Of a DNA stretch of 64,000 nt, positions 1-9,464 are shown in pieces. Each line of letters starts with the position of its first letter. Positions within the stretch are counted from its first letter, which is position 1. The DNA lies in assembly GCA_051532055.1 (NCBI GenBank), contig JAOPTX010000008.1:92346-156345 (forward strand), written 5' to 3'. This stretch comes from Fibrobacterales bacterium (lineage in GTDB: Bacteria > Fibrobacterota > Fibrobacteria > Fibrobacterales > JAOPTW01). The notes beneath the pieces are model-generated. The model saw only the letters and a list, made by a program, of their open reading frames with translations, did no database searches and was not told the DNA's origin. The translations under genes were made by a program, and so were the position numbers.

Positions 1-587
1 GAAATACCTGACTCTATGAGGCTTAAAAAATTTGACCGCCCATTAAGTACACTTATAATATCCAAGAGTACATTGTGACGCTCAGTATCGAGATACCGAT
101 GAGACATCTGAATCAACTCACTCCGTTTTGTGAAATCAAGAGTGTGTGCCTTGCCTGTTAACAAATCCTCAGAAAAGTTACATTCCTTTAAATCTGAATC
201 ATCACCGGCTATCCAAAAAAGTGGTACAACGCTTGTCTCATTATTTTGGCTCAATGTATCTGCAAGGGCTACAGCAGTTAATGCCTTGTAGAGAATCATA
301 AGGGGGCCGCCCGAAATACTTGGCTGCTGACCAGTGACAACTACTGTAGTACTACTTTTTTTAAGAAGGGTAATAGTATCGGCTGTCTCTTTTGAGCAGC
401 CATAGCGTTCCTGTTCGTCACGTAACATCGAGGTAAGTAATGCACGGTCGTAGCTATTATAAGGTCGATTAAAAAGTGACTCCGTATCGGCAGATGCAGT
501 CGTTGCGACACCAGACGGATAGACCGTTTTACACTCCTGGTCAAACTCCTCAATGAGTCGTTGAAAAAGGGGTGATAGGTAGGCCAT
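1..587 (-). CDS. bshC: Bacillithiol biosynthesis protein BshC, 5' part (runs off window edge)
   Basis: Absent from the ORF track; translated by hand from ATG 587: MAYLSPLFQRL...VVVTGQQPSISGGPLMILYKALTAVALA...VVPLFWIAGDDSDLKE, matching the BshC TGQQ-GGP-YK and P-FWIAG-D-D motifs. The ATG overlaps the upstream stop (TAATG). Confidence 0.85.
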   Translation of the reverse strand, partial: MAYLSPLFQRLIEEFDQECKTVYPSGVATTASADTESLFNRPYNSYDRALLTSMLRDEQERYGCSKETADTITLLKKSSTTVVVTGQQPSISGGPLMILYKALTAVALADTLSQNNETSVVPLFWIAGDDSDLKECNFSEDLLTGKAHTLDFTKRSELIQMSHRYLDTERHNVLLDIISVLNGRSNFLSLIESGI

Positions 588-1321
588 TAGTCTCCTTTTT
601 TAAGTACAAACGACATCCGAGGGGAGTCCTGAGTAAAGGGAGCTCCCTTCTCATCTCCAAAAATAGTTTGCACCGACAAGTTAACACTTTTAAAGAGATC
701 ATACAAATCTTCTTTCTCGAATACCATCACTCTTTCATGATATTTTTCAACTTTGTCAGGAGTATACTCAATGGTAATCTCCTTACAGACACATCCTCCT
801 GTAAAAGTACGATCTTGTGTTACTTTTTTACCATCAATTACTTGAGAATCTTTTTTGGGAAGTGTTTTGAGAACGGCATCTTTGTTCATCAGGTCGAGGA
901 AAATGTATCCTCCTGGCTTTACCATATCTACAAAATAACCAAGCAGTGAAAAATTTTCTTCACGAGTCGCAAAATACCCAAAAGAAGTGAAAAATGAGCA
1001 AGCCAAATCAAATGATTTCTTTTGAAAAGGAAGATTTCTCATGTCTGCCCGTGCTATTGGTAAAGTGGCAGGAAGAGCGAGTTCTCGAGCTCGTTTCAAC
1101 AAATAATGGCTTAAGTCGATTCCTATCGCACTCATGTCATTTTTGAGAAGTTCTTTAAGATGACGTGCTTTTCCACATCCAATGTCTATAATAGACGCTC
1201 CTTTGGGGAGCTCAAGATAGGCAAGAAGTGCTGTAACCTGATCTGTGGCTTGTTGATCATTACGATTTACATAAATATTATCGTACTCTTCTTGAAACCA
1301 CCTCTCAAACCATTCCATCAA
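587..1321 (-). CDS. Class I SAM-dependent methyltransferase (candidate N-methyl-bacillithiol methyltransferase, NmbA-like)
   Basis: Motif I IIDIGCGKARH, then GIDLS, ADMRNLPF, FFTSFGYF, VKPGG; N-terminal WFERWF; coupled to bshC. Confidence 0.85.
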   Translation of the reverse strand: MMEWFERWFQEEYDNIYVNRNDQQATDQVTALLAYLELPKGASIIDIGCGKARHLKELLKNDMSAIGIDLSHYLLKRARELALPATLPIARADMRNLPFQKKSFDLACSFFTSFGYFATREENFSLLGYFVDMVKPGGYIFLDLMNKDAVLKTLPKKDSQVIDGKKVTQDRTFTGGCVCKEITIEYTPDKVEKYHERVMVFEKEDLYDLFKSVNLSVQTIFGDEKGAPFTQDSPRMSFVLKKGD

Positions 1322-2875
1322 CTACCTCCGATTAAATCTCGGTTTTCTCATGCGCTGGTCCATTTTTGACTTCCGCACGTTGCTATCTATCTCAGGAGAC
1401 TGAGCTTTCTGAATACTGTCCTGAAATACACTATCCTTAACAATACTATCACGAACCATTTGTTTTCTAATGAGTTCGTTTTTTTTCCGCTCTTGATCTG
1501 CTTTATACAGCGGATACCATTCAAAAGGGTCAATCCGCTTATAGCGAGTTCTACCGTACCGTATACTACCTTTAGGGCTCTTAATAGCGGTTTCTATATG
1601 TGCATGTGGCCCTGTAGTATTACCAGAAACGCCTATAGTCGCGAGCACATCCCCAACATAGGCATCTTGGTTATCAAAAAAGAGCAACTTGTTGCAATGC
1701 GCAAAGGTTATTAAAAAAGAATCATTAAAAAGGGTAATCATATTACCACCGCGAGGATCAGTACGTACATGAGCATGACCATCAATAGGGGCGACAATAT
1801 ATGCATCAAAGCTTGTACCAATATCAATTGCAGGGTGTTTCCGGTGAGAACGCGTTTTCTTTTTTTGCCAATAGTCTGTTAAATAGGCAATTGAGTCACC
1901 ATATATTGAAGTGTAAAAATTATATGCATCTGCCAAAGAGTCATGACGTGGCGTACTAAGAGAATCATCGATGGGATAAAAGCGTACAACTGTACCCTCT
2001 CTCGGTTTATACTTTTCAATAGAATCAGTATAGATTGTTGATCGATCAATAGTCGCTTGTAAATAGTTTAGGATGTCAGCTGAGTCTGCAACCCAAGACA
2101 CTTCTTTAGAGACAATATACCGTGCAATTCTATATACAGTTTCAGTACCTTGAAACTCATATTCATAAATATAATCCGCATCATCACTCTGCATCTCAGA
2201 AAAGCTTTGAAGTGATCGCATAAATATTGGATGATACTGTGCAAAAAAGAGCCCCACGACCGTAGCAACCACCAAACATATAGAAAACACAATGGAAAGA
2301 GTAGCATCATCACGTACCGTAACAACTCTCTTGTTGATCTCTTTAGCTATTTTTTCAGCCGTAAAACCAGTGGCATCGAGTAAATCTATCGATACGATAG
2401 CATGTTTTTGCAAATAATTTCTGAGAGCTGTCGCTCCACTATTCTGAACTCCATAAAAAAGAGTACATCGAGAAGCTTTGCTTAAAATGTGGAGTTCTGG
2501 GCGTTCTAATATATCAACCACAAAAAATATGTGAGTATAATACTGTTTAAGTAATGAAACATTATAGAGAATATCACTTATTTGTTTTGCCGCAGCATTA
2601 TTAGAATAATTGAAATGCAATGTATGAAAACCATCTTCATTAATTGCAATTTTTGGTGCAATAGATTGAGAGCTTTTTTCATTTTCAAAATAGATATAGC
2701 GCTCAATATCTGATTCTATATTTTTATCAATGAAAATAAAAAGCGAACTCGAACAATCATTAGAGAAATAGAGTTGTGAATAATCTATTGAAGCTTCGTG
2801 TTTAGATATACAAAAAACACCCTTATTGGGTGCTTTGTAAGATATCGTGGTATGGCCTTTTTTATTCAAGCCCAT
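1322..2875 (-). CDS. Membrane-anchored M23-family metallopeptidase with uncharacterised N-terminal domain
   Basis: One TM (LSIVFSICLVVATVVGLFFA); HPAID (HxxxD), GGNMI, FAHC and GNTTGPHAHIE (HxH) M23 motifs. Confidence 0.8.
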   Translation of the reverse strand: MGLNKKGHTTISYKAPNKGVFCISKHEASIDYSQLYFSNDCSSSLFIFIDKNIESDIERYIYFENEKSSQSIAPKIAINEDGFHTLHFNYSNNAAAKQISDILYNVSLLKQYYTHIFFVVDILERPELHILSKASRCTLFYGVQNSGATALRNYLQKHAIVSIDLLDATGFTAEKIAKEINKRVVTVRDDATLSIVFSICLVVATVVGLFFAQYHPIFMRSLQSFSEMQSDDADYIYEYEFQGTETVYRIARYIVSKEVSWVADSADILNYLQATIDRSTIYTDSIEKYKPREGTVVRFYPIDDSLSTPRHDSLADAYNFYTSIYGDSIAYLTDYWQKKKTRSHRKHPAIDIGTSFDAYIVAPIDGHAHVRTDPRGGNMITLFNDSFLITFAHCNKLLFFDNQDAYVGDVLATIGVSGNTTGPHAHIETAIKSPKGSIRYGRTRYKRIDPFEWYPLYKADQERKKNELIRKQMVRDSIVKDSVFQDSIQKAQSPEIDSNVRKSKMDQRMRKPRFNRR

Positions 2876-2882
2876 GAGATAT

Positions 2883-3275
2883 TTACCTCATGGCAGCTTT
2901 AAGCAAGTCCATTTTACCTTTAATTGCTTGAAAGCTTTCGAGGTTTTTATTGAATATATCCTGATTAGTTGGGAGATAAAACATCACATCTTTTTTACCA
3001 AGGCGACCTTTAAGAAACTCAGTTGCGTTTCTTTTGCTCACACCAATAAATGGTCCATCATCAAGGTCTTCGAGAATATCGAAATATTTGAAGAGTGAAT
3101 GATTTTTATTCCAACCACGAGATTCAAAAATATAGGCATCAGCTTGTGGAACACGATTTCCATCAAGAATATGCTCATATCCATATACTTCTAATTCGTG
3201 GCTTGGATCATTTGTAACAAGCGGAGTAAGATCATTGATAACAGCTTTATTATCACATACTAAAACAAATTTCAT
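2883..3275 (-). CDS. Hypothetical protein, degenerate receiver-like fold
   Basis: 130 aa; KFVLVCDN...DAYIFE...PFIGVS pattern resembles REC strands but lacks the canonical Asp and Lys. Confidence 0.55.
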   Translation of the reverse strand: MKFVLVCDNKAVINDLTPLVTNDPSHELEVYGYEHILDGNRVPQADAYIFESRGWNKNHSLFKYFDILEDLDDGPFIGVSKRNATEFLKGRLGKKDVMFYLPTNQDIFNKNLESFQAIKGKMDLLKAAMR

Positions 3276-3305
3276 AATTGGCCTTTTAAAATTTATTTTT
3301 AAAAA

Positions 3306-3379
3306 TACGGCTGCAAGGGTTCGAACCTTGGACCTACGGTTTAGAAAACCGTTGCTCTATCCAACTGAGCTACAGCCGC
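3306..3379 (-). tRNA. tRNA-Arg(TCT)
   Basis: GCGGCTG-TA-GCTCAGTTGGATAGAGC-A-ACGGT-TTTCTAA-ACCGT-AGGTC-CAAGGTTCGAACCCTTG-CAGCCGT-A; full cloverleaf, anticodon TCT, A20 identity element, CCA not encoded. Confidence 0.97.
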
Positions 3380-3591
3380 ATTTTAGCCTGAAATGGAAAA
3401 GAAATGGAATTCTAACCCACTCAGATTTAATGACCCAAATTTAATCAAATGAGAAATATTTTTAAAGGAAATTTGTCATAATTGCAAAATTTTACTGTTT
3501 TTACACTTTAGTAATATGAGGCGCACTGAAGAATATTGGAATTTCTTATATTTTAGACACACAAACAACCAATCAAAACGAGTTAACAGAC

Positions 3592-3855
3592 ATGGAACAA
3601 CTAAACGGTATTCTCCCTTTAATTTTGATGATCCCTATATTTTACTTTTTCTTCATCCGCCCACAGCAACAAGAGGCTAAAAAGAAAAAAGAAATGCTTA
3701 AAAACCTTAAAAACGGTGATAAAGTACTCACTCAAGCAGGTATGTATGGTGTGGTAACTACGGTTTCTGATGATTCTATAACTCTTAAAGTAGCTGACGG
3801 CGTTAAAATTGATTTTAGCAGACCATCAATAACTGAAAAAGTCGTTAAAGATTAA
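3592..3855 (+). CDS. yajC: Preprotein translocase subunit YajC
   Basis: N-terminal TM, FYFFFIRPQQ, LKNGDKVLTQAGMYGVV. Confidence 0.95.
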   Translation: MEQLNGILPLILMIPIFYFFFIRPQQQEAKKKKEMLKNLKNGDKVLTQAGMYGVVTTVSDDSITLKVADGVKIDFSRPSITEKVVKD

Positions 3856-3857
3856 GC

Positions 3858-4376
3858 ATGGCAATACTTGATATCAAAAAATATGGTTCTATAGTCCTTC
3901 GTAAAAAAGCGGAGGCTGTATCAGAGGTAACCCCAGAACTGGTAGCCTTTGCAGAGGATATGCTCGAAACCATGTATGACGCTCCTGGTGTTGGCCTAGC
4001 CGCACCACAAGTAGGAAGGTCTATACAACTCATCGTCGTTGATGTTAGTAAAACAGACGAAGATAATGAGCCGTATATAATCTTTAATCCAGAAATAATC
4101 CCTCAAGAAGGGTGCGATTTTGATATTGGAGAAGAAGGATGCCTCTCTGTTCCTGATATCTATGCTGATGTTGAACGCCCATCAGTAATTACACTTACAG
4201 GACTCAATGAACGCGGAGAACCTATCGAATTTAAAGAAATTGATGGATTTTTAGCGCGGTGCTTTCAACATGAAGTCGATCACCTCAATGGTGCGCTCTT
4301 TGTTGATAAAATAAATGCCACATCCAAAGCGATGCTTAAATCGAAACTCAAAAAAATGGCAAAAGATAATAAGTGA
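3858..4376 (+). CDS. def: Peptide deformylase
   Basis: GVGLAAPQVG, EGCLSVP and QHEVDHLNG motifs. Confidence 0.97.
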   Translation: MAILDIKKYGSIVLRKKAEAVSEVTPELVAFAEDMLETMYDAPGVGLAAPQVGRSIQLIVVDVSKTDEDNEPYIIFNPEIIPQEGCDFDIGEEGCLSVPDIYADVERPSVITLTGLNERGEPIEFKEIDGFLARCFQHEVDHLNGALFVDKINATSKAMLKSKLKKMAKDNK

Positions 4377-5758
4377 TGCGCAAGTATCTCCTTGCGCTTC
4401 TCCCCTTCCTGGTTCTGAGCTGTGCTCATATTCGTCGTGACATCAACATGGATGACATGGAGTATGAGCGAATGGTTCAAAGGGAATTAGAACCTATTCG
4501 TTCTATTGAAGAGTGGCATGAGATTCCAGGTGATCCTACTGAGCGTTCAAGAGATTTTGGGACGCTCACCCATTGGGATACTGAGCCAAAAATATTTAAG
4601 AAAATTTCACAATCTGATCTACGTCATGTAATACGTATAGGCTTAGCAATCGATAAACAAAAACACACTTTTACTCCTAAAAGTGAAGTAACTCTTCGCA
4701 TTAAGAAAAAAAATACATGGAGTTCTAAAGTACGTACATCCGAACCAATTTCTATCACACACGATAAATACCGAATGCTTATACGAGTGAATGGGAAAAG
4801 ATATTATACAGAATCTGCACTTCAAATTATTCCAAGTAATCCCCGCACTGGTGTTACAATAGATGGTAAGGAATCCTACCGCGGTTATTTTGAAGTGCGC
4901 AAAAATAAATCCCATTTAACACTCATAAATGAACTTCCAATTGAGGAGTATTTGAGAGGAGTACTCCCTCACGAGATGGGGCACCGCAAAGAAAACCATC
5001 TTGAAGCACTAAGAGCGCAAGCTGTTTCAGCACGTACCTACACCTATAAACACCTCAACTCTAGAAAAAAGTACCATTTTGACCTCTTTGCCGATGTCCG
5101 CGATCAAATGTATAAAGGCATAAATAGTGAATATGGTCTGAGTGATTTCGCAGTCATGAGTACCAAAGGGGTAATTATTACCCATAGTGACACCCTTATT
5201 GATGCCTATTATCATAGTACTTGTGGGGGTAGAACCGCATCAATTCACAACGTCTGGCCTAAGGCATCTCCAACCCCTTACCTCATTACTGCGCCCGATG
5301 TTAGAGCAGATGGGACCCCATGGTGCTCCCAATCAAGGTTTGTTAATTGGACGCTTAATTGGAAACGATCAGATATCATTTCCAATGCAAATAATTATTT
5401 CAAAAATTATAACCCCTCAGCAAAGTCTTTTAGTCGGCTTGATCGACTCGAAATCTTTGGTTGGACTCACTCTGGCCGAATAAAAGAGTTACGATTAAAT
5501 ACCAATAGTGGCAACTACACAGTTTCAAGCGACAAATCAAGATGGCTGCTCAGGAGACCGGAGAGTAAATCAATTTTAATGAGTAGCCGTTTTATATTGC
5601 ATAAAACAAATTCTGGGTACCGAGCAACTGGCAAAGGCTTTGGACATGGGATTGGCTTTTGTCAAATGGGAGCTATGAGTCGCTCAGATGCCGGGCAAAC
5701 CTTTGAGCAGATTATTAAGGCGTATTATACAGGAACAGAATTGGTTGAGCTTGAGTAA
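4373..5758 (+). CDS. SpoIID/LytB-domain lipoprotein (lytic transglycosylase-like)
   Basis: Lipobox LVLSC; INELPIEEYLRGVLPHEM, ALRAQAVSARTY, YHSTCGG, GFGHGIGFCQMGA. Confidence 0.9.
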   Translation: MMRKYLLALLPFLVLSCAHIRRDINMDDMEYERMVQRELEPIRSIEEWHEIPGDPTERSRDFGTLTHWDTEPKIFKKISQSDLRHVIRIGLAIDKQKHTFTPKSEVTLRIKKKNTWSSKVRTSEPISITHDKYRMLIRVNGKRYYTESALQIIPSNPRTGVTIDGKESYRGYFEVRKNKSHLTLINELPIEEYLRGVLPHEMGHRKENHLEALRAQAVSARTYTYKHLNSRKKYHFDLFADVRDQMYKGINSEYGLSDFAVMSTKGVIITHSDTLIDAYYHSTCGGRTASIHNVWPKASPTPYLITAPDVRADGTPWCSQSRFVNWTLNWKRSDIISNANNYFKNYNPSAKSFSRLDRLEIFGWTHSGRIKELRLNTNSGNYTVSSDKSRWLLRRPESKSILMSSRFILHKTNSGYRATGKGFGHGIGFCQMGAMSRSDAGQTFEQIIKAYYTGTELVELE

Positions 5759-5776
5759 CCGTTACAACTTCATATA

Positions 5777-6244
5777 CTAAAGAATAACCTCTTCACCAAG
5801 GCTTTCATACCAAGTCTGGCCTGAGGCCATTTTAAGATAGAGCGTTCGAGGCTTGTTGCCTCCTACACATTCAGCGTCTATAAAAACACTGTTCTTCCAA
5901 AGTAACTTACGCGCAATTAAAATATTTCGATCACCAATTCTAAAATGAGTATCACCGAGAGAACTACCACCAGCCATTACGGTTCGTATGTTTTTTTTAG
6001 AAGCCCCATAACTATACATTGTATGGAATAGTTCAGGTATTGCATAATCACCAAATTCTAGTTTCTTTTCATGAGAGGCGAAATCATGAGACCACTTGGG
6101 AAGCTTATAATGAATCATCCCACCAACGCAGGCTACACTATCATGAGCAACAATTCCAATACACGAACCGAGTGAATGTGTAACTATTATATCTTCTGAA
6201 TCATCAGAGACAACTAATCCACCAATTCCTAGAGTTTGTATCAT
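5777..6244 (-). CDS. cheD: Chemoreceptor glutamine deamidase CheD (copy 2)
   Basis: SLGSCIGI, GGMIHYKLP, MAGG, IGDRN, VGGNKPRT. Confidence 0.92.
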   Translation of the reverse strand: MIQTLGIGGLVVSDDSEDIIVTHSLGSCIGIVAHDSVACVGGMIHYKLPKWSHDFASHEKKLEFGDYAIPELFHTMYSYGASKKNIRTVMAGGSSLGDTHFRIGDRNILIARKLLWKNSVFIDAECVGGNKPRTLYLKMASGQTWYESLGEEVIL

Positions 6245-7269
6245 GAAAGGTGTGCCATTGTATGTGCAGTTATCTTGTTTAGAGGGAGAATTATAGACCC
6301 TGCATTAACTTTCTCGGCAGCACCTGGCATACCATACACTACCGATGTTTCTCTGTTTTGTATAATAGTATATCCACCGGAATCTTTAATTTTTTTTAGA
6401 CCCACTGCACCATCACTCCCCATACCAGTGAGAATGATACCAATTGCATTTGCGCCAACATATTGGGCAACACTGGCAAAAAGCACTTCAACTGCTGGCC
6501 GTTGATAATGAATGCGAGGTCCTTGATTCAAATCAACATAGTATTGAGCACCTGAACGATTAACCATCATGTGATAATTACCCGGTGCGATAAGGGCGGT
6601 ACCCTGTACTATCCTATCTTTAGGTTTTGCCTCACGTACCTCAATGGCACACAACTCATTAAGACGTTCTGCAAAAGACTTAGTAAATTCAGCAGGCATA
6701 TGTTGCACAATAACAATACCCGGTGCATTGGCAGGCATAGAGGTCAGTACATCACTGATAGCATTCGTCCCCCCAGTAGAGGCCCCAATTGCAATAATTT
6801 TGTTCGTAGTCTCAATTAATGAATGACGAACCGGTTTCTGAATAGCAGAGACCTTTGAGATTCGATTAATATGGAAATTTTTTGAAACAGCTGAAGCTTT
6901 AATTTGTTCAATAAGTGTTGGGATAACTTCTTCAATAGTGTAAGCTGACCCCGGTTTACACAATACATCCATAGCTCCTAAATCAAGTGCTTCCATTGCC
7001 ATAGCAGCATTCTTTGGCGTGAGAGAGCTGACAATAATTGTGGGAATCGGGTAGTGGGTCATGATTTTTTTTAAAAAAGTGAGGCCATCCATTCGAGGCA
7101 TCTCAATATCAAGGGTCATCACATCGGGCTTTAATTTGATAATTTTTTCACGCGCAATATAAGGGTCAGCTGCAGTTCCTACAACGGTTATTCCCTCTGC
7201 TGCCTGTAGTGCTTTTTCTAACACACTTCTTACTACTGCAGAATCATCAACAATAAGAACAGATATCAT
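6241..7269 (-). CDS. cheB: Chemotaxis response regulator methylesterase CheB
   Basis: REC domain plus GASTGG, VQHMP, LTGMGSDG, VYGMP. Confidence 0.97.
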   Translation of the reverse strand: MISVLIVDDSAVVRSVLEKALQAAEGITVVGTAADPYIAREKIIKLKPDVMTLDIEMPRMDGLTFLKKIMTHYPIPTIIVSSLTPKNAAMAMEALDLGAMDVLCKPGSAYTIEEVIPTLIEQIKASAVSKNFHINRISKVSAIQKPVRHSLIETTNKIIAIGASTGGTNAISDVLTSMPANAPGIVIVQHMPAEFTKSFAERLNELCAIEVREAKPKDRIVQGTALIAPGNYHMMVNRSGAQYYVDLNQGPRIHYQRPAVEVLFASVAQYVGANAIGIILTGMGSDGAVGLKKIKDSGGYTIIQNRETSVVYGMPGAAEKVNAGSIILPLNKITAHTMAHLS

Positions 7270-7721
7270 ACCTGATCAAGCGAAAAATTAAAGAGCATTG
7301 GATAGTCATCAGCAACGATCCAAAGAGAATTCTCGCTCACTAAATCGACTTCTAAAGATGATACATCAATCACTTCAGGAATGGTAAGGTTATACACCCC
7401 ATCAGTACCATAAAGCTCAGTAATTAAAAGACCGGTAATCATATTTAAAACTTCTTTACCTGCATCTAACTCTACGCTATCATTTTGAGTTGATTCTTCT
7501 TCAACACCAAGCATATTTGCTGCAAAGAGCGCGAGTAATTCATCGGAAGACCACATATGTAAAATACCGGTATGCGCTCCATTAAACTCAATGGTAATAC
7601 CTTTTGTAGACCAGCCTTTTTCTGGGACTTCTTCTAAAAAGTCATCGGTAAAAACAAATGCTGCACCTTCTAATATATCACAAATGACTGTTCTTGCAAC
7701 TTTTTCTAAATCACTCTTCAT
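7266..7721 (-). CDS. cheX: CheX-like phosphatase
   Basis: E-x2-N motif (KEVLNMITG), LTIP; lies next to cheY. Confidence 0.75.
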   Translation of the reverse strand: MKSDLEKVARTVICDILEGAAFVFTDDFLEEVPEKGWSTKGITIEFNGAHTGILHMWSSDELLALFAANMLGVEEESTQNDSVELDAGKEVLNMITGLLITELYGTDGVYNLTIPEVIDVSSLEVDLVSENSLWIVADDYPMLFNFSLDQV

Positions 7722-8100
7722 CCCAGCCTCCTAGTATTTCGAGTAAAGTATCCCGTAGTTTTTCTGGACGAGATGGTTTACGAAGATAACCCGCAATACC
7801 CATCTCTTTTAATTCTTCCATTCTTGTTTTACTTCCCTCTGTAGATATTACAATAATTGGAATATCTTTATACTCATTATGACCCTTCATATATTGAACG
7901 AGCTCTACCCCATTCATATTAGGCATATTAATATCAGATAATACAATATCCACAAAGTTTGTTTTTAATTTTTCAAGTGCAAGAACCCCATCCTCAGCTT
8001 GGATAATTTCTTCAATTGGTAGTTTTGTCATACTGAGAGTTCGCTCGAGCGCCCCCCGTATAGTATTTGAATCATCTACAATTAATATTGTATAGGACAT
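7711..8100 (-). CDS. cheY: CheY-like single-domain response regulator
   Basis: ILIVDDS, DINMPNMNG, IST, YLRKP; within the che operon. Confidence 0.85.
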   Translation of the reverse strand: MSYTILIVDDSNTIRGALERTLSMTKLPIEEIIQAEDGVLALEKLKTNFVDIVLSDINMPNMNGVELVQYMKGHNEYKDIPIIVISTEGSKTRMEELKEMGIAGYLRKPSRPEKLRDTLLEILGGWDEE

Positions 8101-8147
8101 AGGTCACCTATTCTTTTAACAGTTTTAAACAATATACACATACGTTT

Positions 8148-8990
8148 TTACTCATACATTAACAGTACTTCTTGAAGCTTCATAGCCCCTTCTGCACATA
8201 ATAGCTCAACTTGATTACTTGTAATTCCTAATCGGTCAAGACACACTTCATCAACTATAACATTCATTCCTTCACGGCCTACTCCTGCACCAATCATACG
8301 TGCAGTTACATTTGCTATTCGCACAACATCAGTAAGAGTATCTTTGCCTTCCTCAATTGAGTGATGATTTTTGACAGCGAGAGCCATCTTTTCAGGTAAC
8401 CCCCATGCTTTTAAAATTTCATATCCAACATCAGCATGAGAGATACCAAGCACATTTCTCTCTGCCTGTTCATCGGATAGGTCAGGTGAATAGTCGATCT
8501 GCTTCCAGATTTCTTTTATTACATTTTCGTCTAGAGCTCTGCAAAGAACGAGTTTGCCTACATCATGGAGAAGTGCAGTGGTAAATCCTAGTTTTTCATC
8601 TGAAGTTTCTTTTCGAATAGATCCAATTTCATCGGCAACAATTGCGGCAGCTACGCTATGATTCCATAGATCTTTCTCTGAATAGCCGTAGACATCCATG
8701 GTTACATTCATTTGCCCCTTTACCCCTTTGCCCAAGAGGTATTTCAAAATTCGTTGCCCTCCTAATCGAATCACAGCATTTTTTATTGAAGTGATCTCTA
8801 CACGTGAGGCAGACATAGCTGAATTAGCAAACTTGAGTACACCCATTGTGGCTGCTTCATCAAATTGTATTACCTCAACAATATCTTGAATATCACTTTC
8901 TGGATCATTTACTAATGTTGCTAACCGTCCTATCGAAGGTGATAGAGGTGTAAGCTCTTGTATCTTAGCTAATATTTCGTTTACCATCAT
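8148..8990 (-). CDS. HDOD-domain protein
   Basis: VLKFANSA, AVIRLG, LWNHSVAAA, LLHDVGKL, HADVG...WGLP...HH. Confidence 0.92.
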   Translation of the reverse strand: MMVNEILAKIQELTPLSPSIGRLATLVNDPESDIQDIVEVIQFDEAATMGVLKFANSAMSASRVEITSIKNAVIRLGGQRILKYLLGKGVKGQMNVTMDVYGYSEKDLWNHSVAAAIVADEIGSIRKETSDEKLGFTTALLHDVGKLVLCRALDENVIKEIWKQIDYSPDLSDEQAERNVLGISHADVGYEILKAWGLPEKMALAVKNHHSIEEGKDTLTDVVRIANVTARMIGAGVGREGMNVIVDEVCLDRLGITSNQVELLCAEGAMKLQEVLLMYE

Positions 8991-9463
8991 AATTCTATCT
9001 TTTGTCCGTGTGAAGTGAACCAGGCTTTTCCTGAACCTATTTCTAAATAGAGTGTCCGTGGAAAAGTCCCCCCAACATGCTCTGCATCAATTAAAACATT
9101 ATTTTTCCAAAATAGTTTTCTAGCAATGGTTATATTACGTGACCCAATGTCAAATTTTCCTTTTTCACCAATAACATGGGCGCCACCCGCCATAACAACC
9201 CGCATATTCTCTTTTTTAGCCCCTAGATCATATGCCTTTTTAAAGAATTCAGGTATGCCCGTATCACCAAACATAAGTGGTTTTATAAGTGCCTTTTCTT
9301 TATCAATTTTTGACTGGGGGAGCATATAGTGAAGAATTCCTCCAACGTTTGCCTCGGGATCGAAAAGTGCTATACCAATGCATGAGCCCAGTGCATGAGT
9401 TACAACCACATCATCACTCTGTGTACCAAACCCCATTTCTGATATGCCTACAGTATATCTCAT
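8987..9463 (-). CDS. cheD: Chemoreceptor glutamine deamidase CheD (copy 1)
   Basis: ALGSCIGI, GGILHYMLP, MAGGA, IGSRN, HVGG. Confidence 0.93.
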   Translation of the reverse strand: MRYTVGISEMGFGTQSDDVVVTHALGSCIGIALFDPEANVGGILHYMLPQSKIDKEKALIKPLMFGDTGIPEFFKKAYDLGAKKENMRVVMAGGAHVIGEKGKFDIGSRNITIARKLFWKNNVLIDAEHVGGTFPRTLYLEIGSGKAWFTSHGQKIEL

Positions 9464-9464
9464 A

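Noticed and set aside
341..949. ORF-track ORFs 341..553 (-) and 572..949 (+)
   Set aside because: They are shadow frames of bshC and the methyltransferase, with no motifs.
3306..3379. tRNA-Arg as an integration site; G1-U72 acceptor pair
   Set aside because: No integrase or duplicated tRNA 3' end was seen in the window, and a terminal wobble pair alone is not remarkable.
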